Shown here: positions 49,867-63,589 of the stretch, one piece after another
How the letters are laid out: every line of letters begins with the position of its first letter
How positions within the stretch are numbered: position 1 is the first letter of the stretch
NCBI GenBank assembly: GCA_036172245.1
Contig: JAYWIR010000002.1
Span: forward strand, 4,960,001-5,024,000
Reading direction: 5' to 3'
Length of the DNA: 64,000 nucleotides
DNA from: Raillietiella orientalis
Lineage: Eukaryota
The notes under the pieces: generated by a model
What the model saw: the letters and a program-made list of their open reading frames with translations, nothing else
Database searches by the model: none
Told to the model about the DNA's origin: nothing
Position numbers and translations under genes: made by a program

Positions 49867-52456
49867 CCTGCGGGTTGCCGCGGGCGGAGAGGCGTGGAAA
49901 CAAAACACTGTTAATGTTTAAAAAGAGCCACGTGCGCCGCGAGGCACGCGACCGGCTCTGAGGTACTTAGCAAACCAGAGAGGTCTTGCGGCGCCTCTTC
50001 GCGCGCAACTCGATGTCGTCTGGCAGCTTCCCTTGCAGTCACCCTGCTGCCTTCGTGGGATCGTGGCGGCGCGAAGCCGCGTCGAAAGATACCAGTCGAA
50101 GGATGAGGTCATCTCAATCGCCTGCAACTTCGTGAGGAAGACGACAAGACGGCCAGATCTCTGCCAACGAAAGGAGGAATCCCAAGCGAAACTGCCTCGC
50201 TATCCATTTTCCTGTCGGAACGGGAGCAGACGACAGTCTGCACAATCCGAGACGACCGATGCATAACGGAAGCCATCTGTTGAACGGTACAGTTGTCCAG
50301 TGGTTTTGGATTCTGGTTTGTGGAACGTTTCTGGACGTGCCTCACGATGATCTCCAAGGATGAAGGCGTTTACCTCGTCGGGATGAATCTTACACCGCAG
50401 ATGCAAACAACGAAAAAACACACACACATGTGCGCAGAAAAAAAAAAAGGAGGAAGTTGTCAACGCCCTCCAGAGAGTGCTGAGGATGCCAGGAAGAAAT
50501 CCGTGATCCTTTCCTTTCCCTCCCCAACACATTTTTTTTAAACTGAACTTTTGTGTGTGTGTGTGTGTGTTTTATTGTTTACCCCTTCCCCCACTTCTCC
50601 TATGCGGACCTCACTGGGGGAGCTGCTCACCAAAAGCAGAGCCTCCGAGGCTTTGTCCTTCGAGGTGGTGCTGCTGTGAAACCACCACAAAGGAAGGCAT
50701 TTTTTCATCTTGTTAATATGACTGTTTGTAAATATTTCATTTTATTTTTGCAATAAATGCCTCGACGTGACCAGGTGAAATAAAGGGTCGGGTTTGCATA
50801 AAGCGAGGTTTTCAAGGAGACCAAGTCCGCAGACCTCATCTGTGAGGACAGTCGGTTGCAGAACGTCGGCAGAACATTTGGCGTTCGTGACCACATCACC
50901 GAAACTGAGAATGGTACGCCAACACTATGAACGTGGGCACGTCGAAAGCATCTGCACTGTGATTAACCGGAAGGAGAGAGAGAGAGAGGAGGGGGGGAGA
51001 TGAACTTGCCTGGTGCTGTGAGGAGCATTCCCAGAGAGTTTCCTCTGGGATACGTCCGGGCAAGGGATCTCGGTTAACGACAGCTTCGACCAGCTGCTGC
51101 CCTCCCCCTTGGTTTACAACTCGTTGGGCTACTTTCTCTCCACCCTACGTGAAAGGCATTGTGTTCCAGAATGCTGTCGTAGCTCTTTAGGTGAAGGGGG
51201 CAGGAGCAGAACCATTGGCTCCGTTCGTGTGGGACCGAAGCGCATTCGCCTCAAGAAACGTGACAGGAACTGGCTAACGAGTCTGGAAGCACATCCAGGG
51301 AACGAAGGGGGCTCGTGCAAAAGACATGCAGGTGAAACTTTCCTCCTTCTCTCTTTCCTCCGCTCTTATCCTTCGAAAAGTCACAGCATGCCCCGGAAAG
51401 CGACCTCATGACTCCAGCTTGCTGTCGTCTTGTGCACAGCATGCATGATCTCATCTGGAAGAAAATGAAGCGTTGCTTAACTGGGGTCCAGCGAGTTTCC
51501 AACGCAGTAGGAAGATCATTTTGAGCCAAATCAAAAAAAGAAGAAGAAAACATTGATGTATCTAAGCACCATGTTTTTATAATGCTATTTTAGTATATAC
51601 ATTTTTTAAACGCATGCATCCACAAATGTGATAATGGACATACGTGGTCGTAATGCAGCCATGACCATGACGTTCACTGCTGGATTTTATTCGTTAGCAT
51701 TTAGTAAAGGAAAGCCGATGCCAGCAAAAGTCGGGAGCAGATTAATCGGGAGGAAAAGATGAGAACTCACAGGACTGAGCTCGTGATCCGAAGCAATCGA
51801 GACTGCTGACATTCAGGCTTACTCTGGTGCTCCGGAGAGAGAGGCGAGTTGTCTTACAACTGACATGTCTTTCTCTCTCGTAGTAAATCCTTGTAGGATC
51901 CTCGTGAATCCTTCCAGCTCCCGCGAGGGAGGAAAGGGGTGGAAGGAGAGGATAGAGCGCGCTCCCCGAGAGCTGACTGCGCACTCAGCCCATCTTGAGA
52001 GGGCTGCTCCTCCCCGCAGCCCGCCTGCTTTCGTGTTGAAGCACTGCTCGTAGGGTTCTCTAGGAGTCCGGGAATCCACAGAATGGTCAGGAGCTGAACG
52101 TCTCCCACCTGGGGAAGGAAACGGCGCGCCCCAGCGTCCAACGTTCTCACGGGAACACAGACTGCTCTGCGTCGGCTTCGCCCTCGAAATCACGAACCAA
52201 CTCGTGGACTGAAGGGACCGGGCGTGTAAGGACAGACAGCGGAGAACACCTCATTGTTTGCATCTGACCTTGTCCAGAATTGACAAAGGCGAGGATGCTG
52301 GAAATCCTTTTGGGTTCTGTTCTCGCCGCTGTCCTTCCAGTGTTTTTTTTTGGGGGGGTTCGTCAAGTTCTGAAGAACCGTTCGCTTCCTTGGGTGGGTT
52401 CACTCTCTTTGACACTCTTTAACACTGTCCACACCACTTGAGGGTGTGCGCGTCCA

Positions 52457-53740
52457 CTATTCTTCCAGTTATAGGGGGCCGCCCCGGAGGGGCCACCATA
52501 TGAATCCAGGAAGCCTCCAGGGGAAGGAGTCCGTACCTCTTACTCTTGGTAGGGGATCCCGGAGGGACCTCTTCCCTATTATCTCCGGAGGAATTCCCCA
52601 GAGGGGGACACGACTCCTCGTTTTCTTCTCCGAAGAGCCCTTGTGAGAGAAACCCGGAAAGCATCCTCTTCTTGTTACTCCTCTGAAGAGAACCCCGGAG
52701 GGACGCCTCCAAATTTCCCTGAAGCGCCGCTCCCCGAAGCGAGCAGTGCGCTTCTTACACTCTGAAGAGGTCACACCCAGAGGGGGGTATCAACCAGCTC
52801 CATGGTAACTGCTCCATTTTCACAACTGTAGGGGAACCCTGAGGGACTCCTCGATTCCCGGAAGGACTCCAGAAGGTTCACTTTCAATCTTGGAGGCCAG
52901 TCAAGGGTGGGGGATACATCCTGGGGTTTCCGGAATCCATCAGTGCCGCATCTAGCGCCTCCTGACGCTGGAGCGAATATAGCTGCAGCTCCAGTTCGAA
53001 CACTTGCCCTCGTGGCAAACCTCTGGAGCACCACCTGGTTCCAACCCGCAATCCTTCTCGTCCAGCAAGCTACCGGCAGCGTGGGACTTGAGGCAACGCC
53101 AGAGACGTTCTTAAGAGGCTCTTCTTGGGAAACGCCCTCACGCCGGCCGCATCCCCACCAGCACTTTGCTGCCCAGGCGGCAGGATCGTGGCTGCATGGA
53201 GCAATGCCAGAGGAGGCCGGAAAGACAGGGACGCTAGCTATTTTGCTGTCCTCTTCATGAGGACAACGTCAAGATGGCCCAATCTGGGAACCATAAAACA
53301 GGAACTTGTTGGGATCCTTACAAGGATGCAGAAGACACCCTCCAACACACAGTGATCCCCTCCCGAACCCTCCTGTTTTTTTGACTGTATGCTTTTTTTT
53401 TATTTTTTTTCCTTTTTGTTTGTCTTTTCTTCCCCTGTGCTGCCGAGGCGAACCCCGCTGGTCTGCGTGCCAGTTCCCAGCAGGTTTCTTCTCGTAGTTA
53501 TAAGTAACGTGGCAGGATCAAATGCCCTGCCACAGACCTGCATGTTTATCTTATAAATAAACGCCCAGTGACCGGGTGGCAACCAGTGCCGCACCCGAGT
53601 ACATAACAACCAGTGCCATCTTACGGAGAGATTTCAAACTCGTGACGCAACCGTTTCTCAGTGTCCTCTCCCGGGTGGGATTCGAACCCGCAGCGTCTGG
53701 TACCACGAGCGGAGGGCGCAGCCAGGCGGCTGCCATCGTG
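52457..53740 (-). mobile_element. tRNA-derived SINE split by a LINE insertion
   Basis: The head lies at 53584-53740 (B-box on plus 53678-53688) and the body at 52457-52950. The two halves rejoin at a duplicated CAGTGCCGCA. Confidence 0.75.
52951..53583 (+). mobile_element. 5'-truncated Tx1/L1-type LINE flanked by a 10-bp target-site duplication
   Basis: 53090-53583 matches the reverse complement of 13796-14300. CAGTGCCGCA occurs at 52941-52950 and 53584-53593. Confidence 0.8.
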
Positions 53741-54729
53741 GAGTCCAGACTAGGAAGGAAAAGTCCCGAAGAGTTTTCCCTACACTCGGCAGAAAAATAC
53801 ACAAGATCGGAAGTAGTTGCTAACCTAACGAAGATCATCACTAGAGCCATCATCCAAGATGGCGGCCACACAGCTGGTTTCTCTAGTCCCATGTGACCTC
53901 TGCTTTGCTTCCAAGGAGGCAGCAGGGTAAAGTGGGAAGGCGACTGACAGAGCATCAGTCGAGGCTCCGAAGAGCATTGGTACTTCGGAATGGAGTTGGC
54001 CATCAACGCGTAACTCGAAAGTCTGAATACCAACAGAAAGACAGCAAAAGGTAGAGGGAGGTTCCAGACTACGCAAGCCAGGGAGACTTGCCCCAGAGCG
54101 CAGAGGGATCTCCAAGAAAGAGGCCGCGGGAGTAGAGCAGGAATGAGAGAAACCAGCACGGTGGCTGGGTGGCATCCCATTCCACCTATAGGAAGTGAGG
54201 CGGATTTTCCTTGCTGTCTGAAGGGTAGAGGAAAAGACATGGCAGAAGGGGGGAACCGGAAATCTCGGCTCGAAATTCCTCCGAAACGCAGACGAGTTGC
54301 TCCGTCATGCATTCTGGCGAGTGAAGCCGCTGGGCTTTCCGTTTCTGTCCGCACAGCGATGCTGGACACAGCGGAAAATGCGTTTTGCTCTTTCCATCGG
54401 GATCCTGGGATCCAGAGAAGTGGGAAAGCATTGCCTGAGAAGTGCCGGACTTTGGAGCGACAGAGCTTCGCAGTCTAGGGAGGAAGATGATAAAGTGGCA
54501 GGAAGCTATGCGTACCCAAGCAGGTGGAACGCGGTTTTGTGAGGAATCCTGAACTTGGAAGGAAACCGACTTTCCAACGGAGGCTGCCCAAGATCTCTCG
54601 CACCCACCAGGGGCGTACGAAGCGAGTCGGTGGGAGGTCAAACTCACCCGAGCGTGTTCTGCAAGTGAAAGACGCTTCGCAGTCTCGCATCCCAGCGCTC
54701 GAGAGAAAGAGAAAAGGAAAACAAAGTCA

Positions 54730-55484
54730 CCGTATGCGTGCAAGTTAACTTGCGTCACCAACAGTGGTTGGTGTTGCACGTGAACGAAAAAAACTTCTTG
54801 TTCCGAGAAGTGCATGGAAGAAGCAACACTACTAGAAGAAGCTAACGTAAACGAAAGTGAGTAGGCGAAGAGGAAGGGGCAGAACCTGATGACTGGGACG
54901 ATTGTTCGGGAGAGCCAGTTCCGCCTTTCTTCCCTTGGCTTTTCGCTCCGGCCTGTATCTGCGTAGTTCGCTTTGTTCTGCTCGTGGTTTCATCCTCTGG
55001 AAGGGGTCGGTTGTTCAGGAAGGTGGGTGCTCCGGAGAGCGGCGGCGTCGCTTTCAGAGACGCAGAGCAACAGATGAGATGAAGTGGACCGATGCTATTT
55101 CTGAAGAGAGAGATGTGGCTGATCGTCCAGAGAGAGAGAGAGTGGTTGAAGGAGGTCAACTTCGCCTCATGGTCTGCCATCAGAGGGAACCGCAGAATCG
55201 GACCCGTGTTGTGCGGCCGTCGCGAGTAACTTCGGCGTAGTCAGGAAATGCATGGTTCGATCGTAACAACCACGAGCCGTCTCGAAGCCTCTTGATCTCC
55301 AGATCTCAAAGGGGATCGTGCACGGGTTGTACAACGGAAAATCAGAAACCGGAATCGCAACGGGAAGATGCATCTGCACGGATTCGATTTTCGAACCCCC
55401 GAGACGAAGCGCCGCGCCGGTGGGAAAAGTCATCTGGATTCTTCCTCGAAGGAGACGTTGCATCGGATGAAGAGACGGGTAGAT
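54730..55484 (-). CDS. Exon group A of a putative Mab-21/cGAS-like (cGLR) gene; structure incomplete
   Basis: One open frame reads LLRGRIQMTFPTGAALRLGGSKIESVQMHLP...HFLTTPKLL, compared with cGAS LLLRLK..GVGLLNTGSYYEHVKISAP...ILSASKML. A downstream exon reads SMHFSEQEVFF, compared with RLSFSHIEKEI. Confidence 0.4.
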
Positions 55485-56334
55485 CTACGGCTGCTGCAAG
55501 CATCGATTAGGCCTGGACCCGCTCGCCTCCCCAAGACTCCAAGAGAGAGCAGACACGAGGCTGCACCAGCGTAACCGGACTTGGAAACTGAAAGAAAAAC
55601 TGCACGCACACTCGCAAGAAAGCAAGGACAACAAAGAAAACAACAAAGAGAATAATCAAAAATGGAGAGATCGAGCATGTGAGCCGTGTCTGGACCACCT
55701 CGGAAGCGTCTTCGGGCAGACAAATTCGCTTTCGCTTAGCCTCGATTTGCATCGCCGAAGAGGCCTCTCGATTCGTGGAAACGTTCCAGAACGTGCTGGA
55801 GCACCATTTTTGTGGACGGGTCAGGATGCGGTTCGTACAAACTGCAGCATCTGCAGCGGAGGACCGGGCAGGTGCTGATAATTTATTGCCCACATTACCT
55901 TTCGAGTGGTTGCTTGGGCTACGGTCTAACTCATCTTCCTATCTCATGTTGTGCATTTGAGCATTCGCAGGCTGCATTTGCGAGGAAGAGAGGAAGAAAG
56001 CGACAGAGAGACGAAGAGAGGGAGAAAGAGAGAGAGCGAGAAGGAGGAAAAACAAGAAAGATGATACGGAGCGAAGGAAACTGGAGTCGTGAGAGCCGGT
56101 GATGATGACAGTTCTTGAAAACAAGCACTCCAGAAGCCGGTGGTGTGCACCCAGACCGGCAACAGCGGTTGCTCCTCAAAGTTCGCTCTCTTCTCCGAGA
56201 GGGGCAGGAAAGGGGACCCGTCAGAGGAGGAGGCCCATTATTGATGATGTTTCCCTTTTGTTCAGTTCCTCATCTTTTTCTTTAAAGGGGAAAAAAAAGG
56301 ACCGCGTCGACTGGGAATGCAATGCCACCGCTGT

Positions 56335-56429
<95 letters not shown>
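56335..56429. repeat. (CA)n microsatellite
   Basis: Directly visible in the sequence. Confidence 0.97.
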
Positions 56430-56431
<2 letters not shown>

Positions 56432-56869
56432 TGTTCCAACGTTCCAACGGAGGAAAATATTTATCTCGCTCGTTCCGGGACGCATGTGGCCTCAGAGAGC
56501 GTGCTCGACTGGGTGGTGCTCGCAAGGGATACGTCACGCCCGCACGCTCTTTCCCTCAGTGGGCTCCGTGATCAGGAGGCCTCTGTGACCTCCTGGGAGG
56601 GCAGGTTGACTGACGCGAGGAATTAGGGAGGGGCCTGGGCCCCGATTGGGGGTGGTGGAGTGGGAACCTACAATACGCCTTCGTCAGGAAAGGAGACCCG
56701 TGGCCATGAGTCGCTGCGACGAAATAGGTCACGATGACCGAGTCACCCGGGGCACGGATCCCGGGCATGTCTTCTGATTGCCGATTCGGGAGTCGCGAAT
56801 CCTGGAAACGAGAGAGGAGGAGCGCGCGCAAAGACGCAGTCGCGCCATGAGCATTCCTGCGCTGACGGC

Positions 56870-57480
56870 TGTGAGGCTGCGGCTGCCGAGCGCACAGCAC
56901 TGAGCCGTCGCGGGTTCAAATCCCACCCGGGGAGGGATTGACCCAGAGAAATGGGGGAAAGGGGTGCGTCATGAGTTTCGAGTTCCCCCCCTTTCCTGCA
57001 GGATGATGCTGGTTGGCCTATTCGGGTGCGGTACTGTCAGAAGCCGGAAACCCCCGTCGACTGACTTCCAGGATTGGAAGGTGACCCTCCGGAGTCCTTC
57101 AGGAATCGAGGAATCGGTTCCCTTAGGGATTCCTTTCCTGTTGTGCAAATAGAGTCGTGCCACGTAGCTAGTTAATACCCCCTCGGGGAATTCGCCTCTC
57201 CAGAGCATCAGAAGCGCGCCGCTCCCTCCGCAGACCACCTTTCAGGGTGAAATTTGGAAGCGTCCCTCCAGGGTTCTCTTCAAGGGAGAAAACAGAGGAA
57301 GGCAGAAGGGAGGAGGAAGGGAAAAATGTAAGGAGGAAAAGAGGAAATGGAGGAGTAAGGATCCTTTCGGGAGTCCCTCCGGAGAGCAAACCCCAGAAGC
57401 GGATGACTTCTGGGTTCCTTTCGGAGGAGAAACGAGGATCTCCTCCCTCCTCCAGGGGTGGTCCTTCCGGAAAGAATCAC
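56870..57480 (+). mobile_element. tRNA-derived SINE, diverged copy
   Basis: B-box GGTTCAAATCC at 56913-56923, then GATGATGCTGGTTGGCCTA..GGGTGCGGTACTG and the body motif AAATTTGGAAGCGTCCCTCCAGGGTTCTCTTC. Confidence 0.65.
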
Positions 57481-58549
57481 GAAGAGCATTCCTGCGAGAA
57501 GATTGGAGAACCCGGAGGGAAACGGCCACGGCATGCACCGGAGACCGACAGGCCACGGCATGCACCGGAGGGGAAATCCATCTCCGCCAAGTCCGAGCGC
57601 AGCGTTCGAACGGAATTTCGTCTCGAAGGGTCACTTTCGGTGACGTCACGTTCGTGCAGGTACGATCTCATTCCATCCCGGCACCCGCAGTGAACGACGC
57701 AGCTTCTGAACGTCCTGGTATCCTCCGGAGGCTCGTCGGCGGCCTCTCCCCGAGTCCTGGCTGCGCACGCCACCATCGTCCTCACGGGCTCTTTGCCTCT
57801 GAGCGCCTCGGGGTCCCCGAGTCCAGGGGGAAGAGTGCCCTTGACGGAGCCGGCATCCCTCTGTTGAACGATAGGTGGGCAGCTTCGCGCGCGCCCGGGC
57901 CGCCTTTTCTTCACCGCGCCCTCCTTCCCTTCCGTGGTGGGCGCACCCGCGTCCTCACAAGGGGTGGAGACGCAGGGGCGAGAAGGCTCGTTCCGGAGGG
58001 CGGGCTCGAGTCTCCCAGGATCGGTCGGTGGGGGACCGGAGTCCTGATTTCTTTGCGTCGTTCCCTTGGCGAGGGGAGTGGAATCGACAGAGATGGCCGC
58101 GCGCGTAGACGATGGAGATGCAACTTCGCCCGTGCCGAGCACCTCCTACCCATCTGCGCCGCTCTGTCTCCTCCGGGCACCGCTTTGGCGCGCAGTCGAG
58201 TTCAAGCGGGCGGCGGCAGCAGCGAAGCGGTGATGGCACCGAGTCAAGCCAAGTTTATTTTTAGCGCCACAACCCGCGGCGTTGAACACACGGATGGATA
58301 AATCAGAGGATGCGGGGCAAGACGCCGGGTGCCGCCAAAGTCGGAAGAGTTCCGGATGAGCTGGCGAGGGATCAGCTGACCCGCCAGTGAGGTCAGTGGC
58401 GGGTCAGCTGATGGTCGGGGATGCAGTGGAAGAGGCTTCCTTCCGGAAGAAGTGCTTGATTGTTTGAGCAGGTAGGGAAGGAGGAAGGAAGGGAAAGGAA
58501 GAGGAAGAGGAAGAGAAGGAAGAGGAGGAGGAAGGAAAGTCGCGCCGTG

Positions 58550-61500
58550 CTTTCCGGCTGTTCTTCGCGCCGCAGAGGATTGCGATGGCGCGGCAGGCGG
58601 CGTTTCGCTGAATCGTCGTCTCCAGGAATCACCCTGCAGGGTGGCCGTTGCGAGGTGCTGCTGCCACACTCTCTGGGAGAAGGGGCAGGGGAAAGACATG
58701 GTCATGTCCGCGTGATGGACAGCTGGACCCAGACTCCCCCTCTTGTCCAGTAGTGCCGGCTCAGTGATATGACGCTGCCGTATCGCCGAGAGCTGCCGCT
58801 CCAGAGAAGGCGGAACCTCTAGTGAGGGTCGCAGGGATCCCGAAGTCTTCCAGCAGGGGGAGTTCGCCACGTGGTTCTCCTCCGGAAGAAAACCGCCGTG
58901 TAGGTGGCACTGAGGCTCTTTTCTGTTGCTCCGTGAGCCTACGACCGTGCCGCAGAGGTGGCTGAGGGTCGCTCGGAGGAATTGGTAGCTGGGGAGATCA
59001 CAGCTGACTTCCCGCGTGCCCGACGCGGATCACGTCCTTCTCTGCTCCTGGGCGAAGGGGTTCCCTGCTTCCCTTATTCTGGAGGTGACAAGCTTGCTCC
59101 TCGTGCGAGTCCCCAGGCCGCCTCTTTGGGAGGAGGGGGGAGCAAGCACTCTCTTTTTCCAGATGACTGGCCGGCGCTCATCCGAGCGTCCGTCGAGTCG
59201 AGCCCCCATTTTGACTCTTGACGAACTTCAGCTCGAAGTACGGGAATTCCAGGAAGCGGTGGCGGCCCCGCCTTCCCGTCTCGTCTCGGGTCGTCTCGGT
59301 GCGGACTGCCGTAGGTAACCCGCGATCCCGCTCGGCGGAAACTCGCACAGGAGGAGGATCAACCCGGCCGTTGACCGGGAACTTCACGAACGCGCCGCCA
59401 GCTTCCAGGAAGTCGCGATAGCACGTGCTGCACTGGCCGATCCGTTGGAGTTCGCCTCGCTTCTTGAGTGGTCTTCTTAAAGCCCCTCCGGGCTCTGTTG
59501 CCCCCTCTTCTCCCTTTCCATCAGGTTGCAGGCTGCTCGTCCTCCGCATCCCCATCCGCGAGAGCGCGAGTGTCTTCCGGTTCACCCCGTCCCGCCCCGC
59601 CCCCCCCCGCTTGTTTTCGACGGACGTGTCTCTCGCCATCAGCGCTCGCACCCTTTCGACGCTGCGCATGAGCGCGCAGACGAGAGAAGGGCGGGAAAGA
59701 GAAAAACCCCGCGGATCGCTCCTTCCCCTGCGGCCGTCGTCGTCTCCCGCGCAGCATCCTCGCCGGGCCGCTCCGCCCATCGCTCTCTATCGGCGTCTTC
59801 CTGCTGGTCCTCCTGGAAGGCGCCTTTGAAACCTGCTGCCTTCCAATCAGATTCAGCGCTCTCCCGTCTTCCTCCGTGGGACACGACACCGCCGCTGTGC
59901 TGACATCAACTTGCATCACTGCGCGGCTGAAGCCAGGTGACCAAGCGGGAGATGCCCTTCTCTTCTTCTCCTTGTCCCCTTTTGCTCTTCCTCCGCTTCC
60001 TGCTTACGTTCGTGCGAAGGACCTCACGGAATGGGTGAGTGGGCTCGACCCCTTTCTGCTTGCTGCAGCTTCAGGCATGCGGAGCATTTTGGCCCGACTC
60101 TCGCCCGCCCTTTGAGAAAGGCTCGGCGAGTGATGCTCCTCAGGGGGCCATGAGATGAGAAGATTCTCGGGGGCTCCTCTTTCCAGAGGAGAGCAGGGGA
60201 AGGGAGGGAAGGGGGTCTTCGATCTTTCGGAACGCGGCTCCATACGGGCACTGCGCTCGTTAAAGGGCATCATCAAGCCATCCGGAGTTCCGCGCGCGCT
60301 CCCCGCGGGGCTAGCCTAGCCACGGGGGACACGTATCTGCCAGAGTCCCATTTCCTCGGGAGAGACCCTGCCTTCTTCTCTGGGGGAGAGCAGGGGAAGG
60401 GAGGGAGGGGATTTCGATCGTTTGGGCCGGCGCAAGAGGGAGTGGGAGATTTGGCTTTCCGCTGAGGCGATCGGCCACCCACGGATCTCCTGCCACTTCG
60501 CGAACTGGGACGCACGGCGGCGGGAGGAGGCCCGGAACGGGGGAAAGGGAGGTCCCGGACTGTTCCGGGTGTGGGCGGCCCCAGCGCATCTGCTTTTCGA
60601 GTCATGCGTGCCCTCCAGAGAGCGCGTGAAGCGGCTCGTCCGCGTCCTGGGAGTAGCCGAGGGCACCATGCGAGAGGCGTGCTGAGGAGAGAGGGAGGCT
60701 CTTCTCTCGCGTACTCTGACCGCAGCTCTGCTGTGCGCAAGCACGGGTCGAATGCCAGAGGCCAGCAGGTGTCGGTAGGGCGTCGGAGTCTCGGACGCTC
60801 ATACGAGGTCAGAGAGACGCGCAGTTAGGTGGAGAAAAGGATACCCACAGGATGCTCCACTTTCTCCCGGATGCGCTGGGGGTCGTTTGTCGTAAAATAA
60901 ATGAATAAATAAGCAAGTAAATATTTACAATAAGCAGTCACGATATTAAAATAGCAGTCCCTTCTTCGGGGAGCTGGAATCCCGCTACGTCGAAGAAAAC
61001 CCGGGAGGCATCTTTGCTTGCAAGCAGCTTGCCCGCAGAAGGTCACGCGCAGGAGTGGGGAGGATGAGGGCGGGGGAGGGAGGGACGCGGAAACAAAAAA
61101 TAATAATAAAATAAGGGGAAGAAACGAAAAAGAAAAACAATATTTTTTCTTTCTAATAAAAACGGGAGGGAAGGCAGGGATCACAGATGTCTTCCCAGCG
61201 CCTTCATTATCCTTTACGGGATGCTGGAAAGTTCTTTCTTCTGCCGTTGGAGATGCGGCCACCTAATGGTCATCCCGAAGAGGGAGATCTCCGCATCTTA
61301 GAACTGTCTGGTCTCTTTCTCTGTGGCTCTTTGCTGCCATGGCTCCACGGACGCGGCACAGGTCACCGCGGGCAACGTCCCGCCACGCGCGAAGAGGCGT
61401 TTCGAGCGCGTGCTCTTCGCTCCGTCCCTTAGGGGTCAAAGCGGCCGCTGCAGCACGTTCCCGTAAGGGAACGCACTCAGGTGTCGGACGTTTAGGTCTC

Positions 61501-62950
61501 CTCGCTTGCACGTGCACCTGACTCAGCCTGGAGGCACCCTTCCCCCTGGTCCAGCGGCGAAGGCAAGTTCTGCTTCCCTCGCGCGGCGGCAGTGCCGGAG
61601 GAGTGGGAGCAAACCCCAGAAGCTGTTGTGGGGACATGGAAACTCCCACGCATCTGTTGCCTCTGGGATGCGGAGTGATCACGCCTCGCGGTCGCGCTGC
61701 TTCGATCTCTGCAGACGCCCCAGAAAGGTGGCAGCTCTGTTTCACGCGGGACGGGGAGAGGGGGTTCCTGTCGCCTGCTTCTGCGATCGGCTCGCCATCC
61801 AGGAGGATCGCGGCGTCCACGGAACACGCAGGAGGCGCGTCGGGAATGATGAAGGACCACAGCTCTCGATCCCGCAATCATGAGGAACGCGGAGGAATGG
61901 TACCTGAAGGAGATGGGCATGAAGGAGGATGCCGCCTGCATCTCACGCGAGAGCCAAAAGAGCAGAGGCAGATGACCCCATCCCCCTCTACCTATTTCTT
62001 GTCATTTGCCCTTCTGTGCAGCTGGTCCGCGAGTCGATAGTTCCCTTTTTATTCCTTCCTCCCCTGAGTTTTTTTAAATATCAGTGGATTCTATAATCCA
62101 CGTGGTCTGTTTGTTTTTCCTTTTGGGAATGACTGGATGAAGATGGCATACTGACGTGCGTTGCCAGGGGAAACCCAACGCCGGATGCTGCCATCTCAGG
62201 AGGAGCACGGAGCCGTGCAAATGGAATATCCGCAGTATCCAAATGGATTCCAAGGGGATCCGCCCAGCGAGGAAGACTTTTGGGGTGGATTGAGAGGTGA
62301 CTGCCTTAGCCAGTCGACGTCCAGCATCCCAGCGATTTTCTTTTTCGACTCCCGACTCCCGATTTGCTCGCTGGTCACTCCTGTTGCTATCCCGGATGGA
62401 AAGGCAGTGCTGCCGCAAGTGTTTTTTTTTCATTCCACGCATTCTTCCCGGAGCCTTTCGCGATCTCCTGCAAGGACCAAAGAGCGTGATCTCAGCGCCG
62501 CGCAGGCACAACGACTTGTTCCCTCCCCCCTTTCCCCTCCTCGGGGGCGACCCTCCACCAAGTTCCATGGAACTGGTAGATACCCCCTCGGCGGGTTGCC
62601 TCTCTTCCGGGTGCAAGGAGAGGAATTGCTTTCAGACACTGCGTTGGTGGGTGGGCGGGAGAATCCAAGGTTGCCCTGCACCAAGGCAACCATATGGAGA
62701 GGTCACCACCCGCAACGGTGGCTTTGCCCGAGAGGAGACGCAAGTCCCGTCGGAGCTGGCTGCTTGCTTGGCGACCGCCGCCGCTCGGGAGGAGTGTGCG
62801 GGGAAGGAGGTGGAAATTTGTCGTTTCCGAGGGAGTCGGATCTGGCAGGGTACATCGGAGTACCCTCTAGGCGTTTCGGACACGGGGAAGACTTCGGCAG
62901 CTTCGGGCAAGTGGATGAAACAGCAGAGAGCCACTTCGAAGGGAAAAACG
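58550..62950 (+). mobile_element. GC-rich field of decayed non-LTR retrotransposon fragments (probably Tx1/L1 ORF1/ORF2)
   Basis: No intact ORF. A twice-repeated GEQGKGG(K/R)G..D segment (about 60187 and 60384) resembles the post-RT LPxxxGGLG motif, and LVAGEITADFPRARRGSR resembles RT subdomain 4. Boundaries are approximate. Confidence 0.4.
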
Positions 62951-63589
62951 TAGGATCGGGGGGGGGGGGAGAGGGAGGGAGAAGGGATGGATAAAGGGGT
63001 TCCCGGTGCCTTTGCCATCCCGGCTGAAGGTGACGTCCTAAAGAGAGACTGGGCCGGCTCTCCTTTTTCCCTAATTCTTCTGCTTCCCATGCTCTGTCCC
63101 CAGACTCCGGACTGGCTCTTCGCATCCGGTCGAGTCAAGGGAACTACGTCGGATGCAAGAGAGGAACGCGAGGACGGATCCCGTCATCTTCGGATCGGTG
63201 GCGGGAGAGCCTGATTCCAGGCGCGGAGGCCGGAAACTGGCTCCGAAGGATTTCGGCATCCCGGATGGCGTTCCTGACTTCGGAATCTCACCAGCGGTCT
63301 CGGAGCCGGACGTCCCGGTTTTATCAGAGACTCCGAAAGGTGCATGCCTTGCTTTATTTTTATTTTTTCCTTTCTCTTTCTTCCTTTGCGTGCGGGGGAG
63401 TAAGAAAATAGTGGCGTGCTGACTCGCCTTCCGCGTCTGCGCTCTTTTGCTGGTGCGAGATGAACAGAGGAAGGATGGGTCCTTCCTCTGTTCTCTTACC
63501 GTGCCTCGCGGCTGGAGCTATCTCCAACTGCGAGGTGCAGTGGAGGAGAGCGTGGGATCCTCCTGAGTTGGCTACCCGGGGAGAGGCAC

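Noticed and set aside
55507..55893. N-myristoylation-like start MGNKLS
   Set aside because: The first codon is GTG rather than ATG, so this is an artefact of the ORF caller's alternative starts.
57000..63500. Many overlapping 100-280 aa ORFs
   Set aside because: GC-rich repeat debris depleted of stop codons, giving Arg/Pro/Gly-rich translations with no coherent product.
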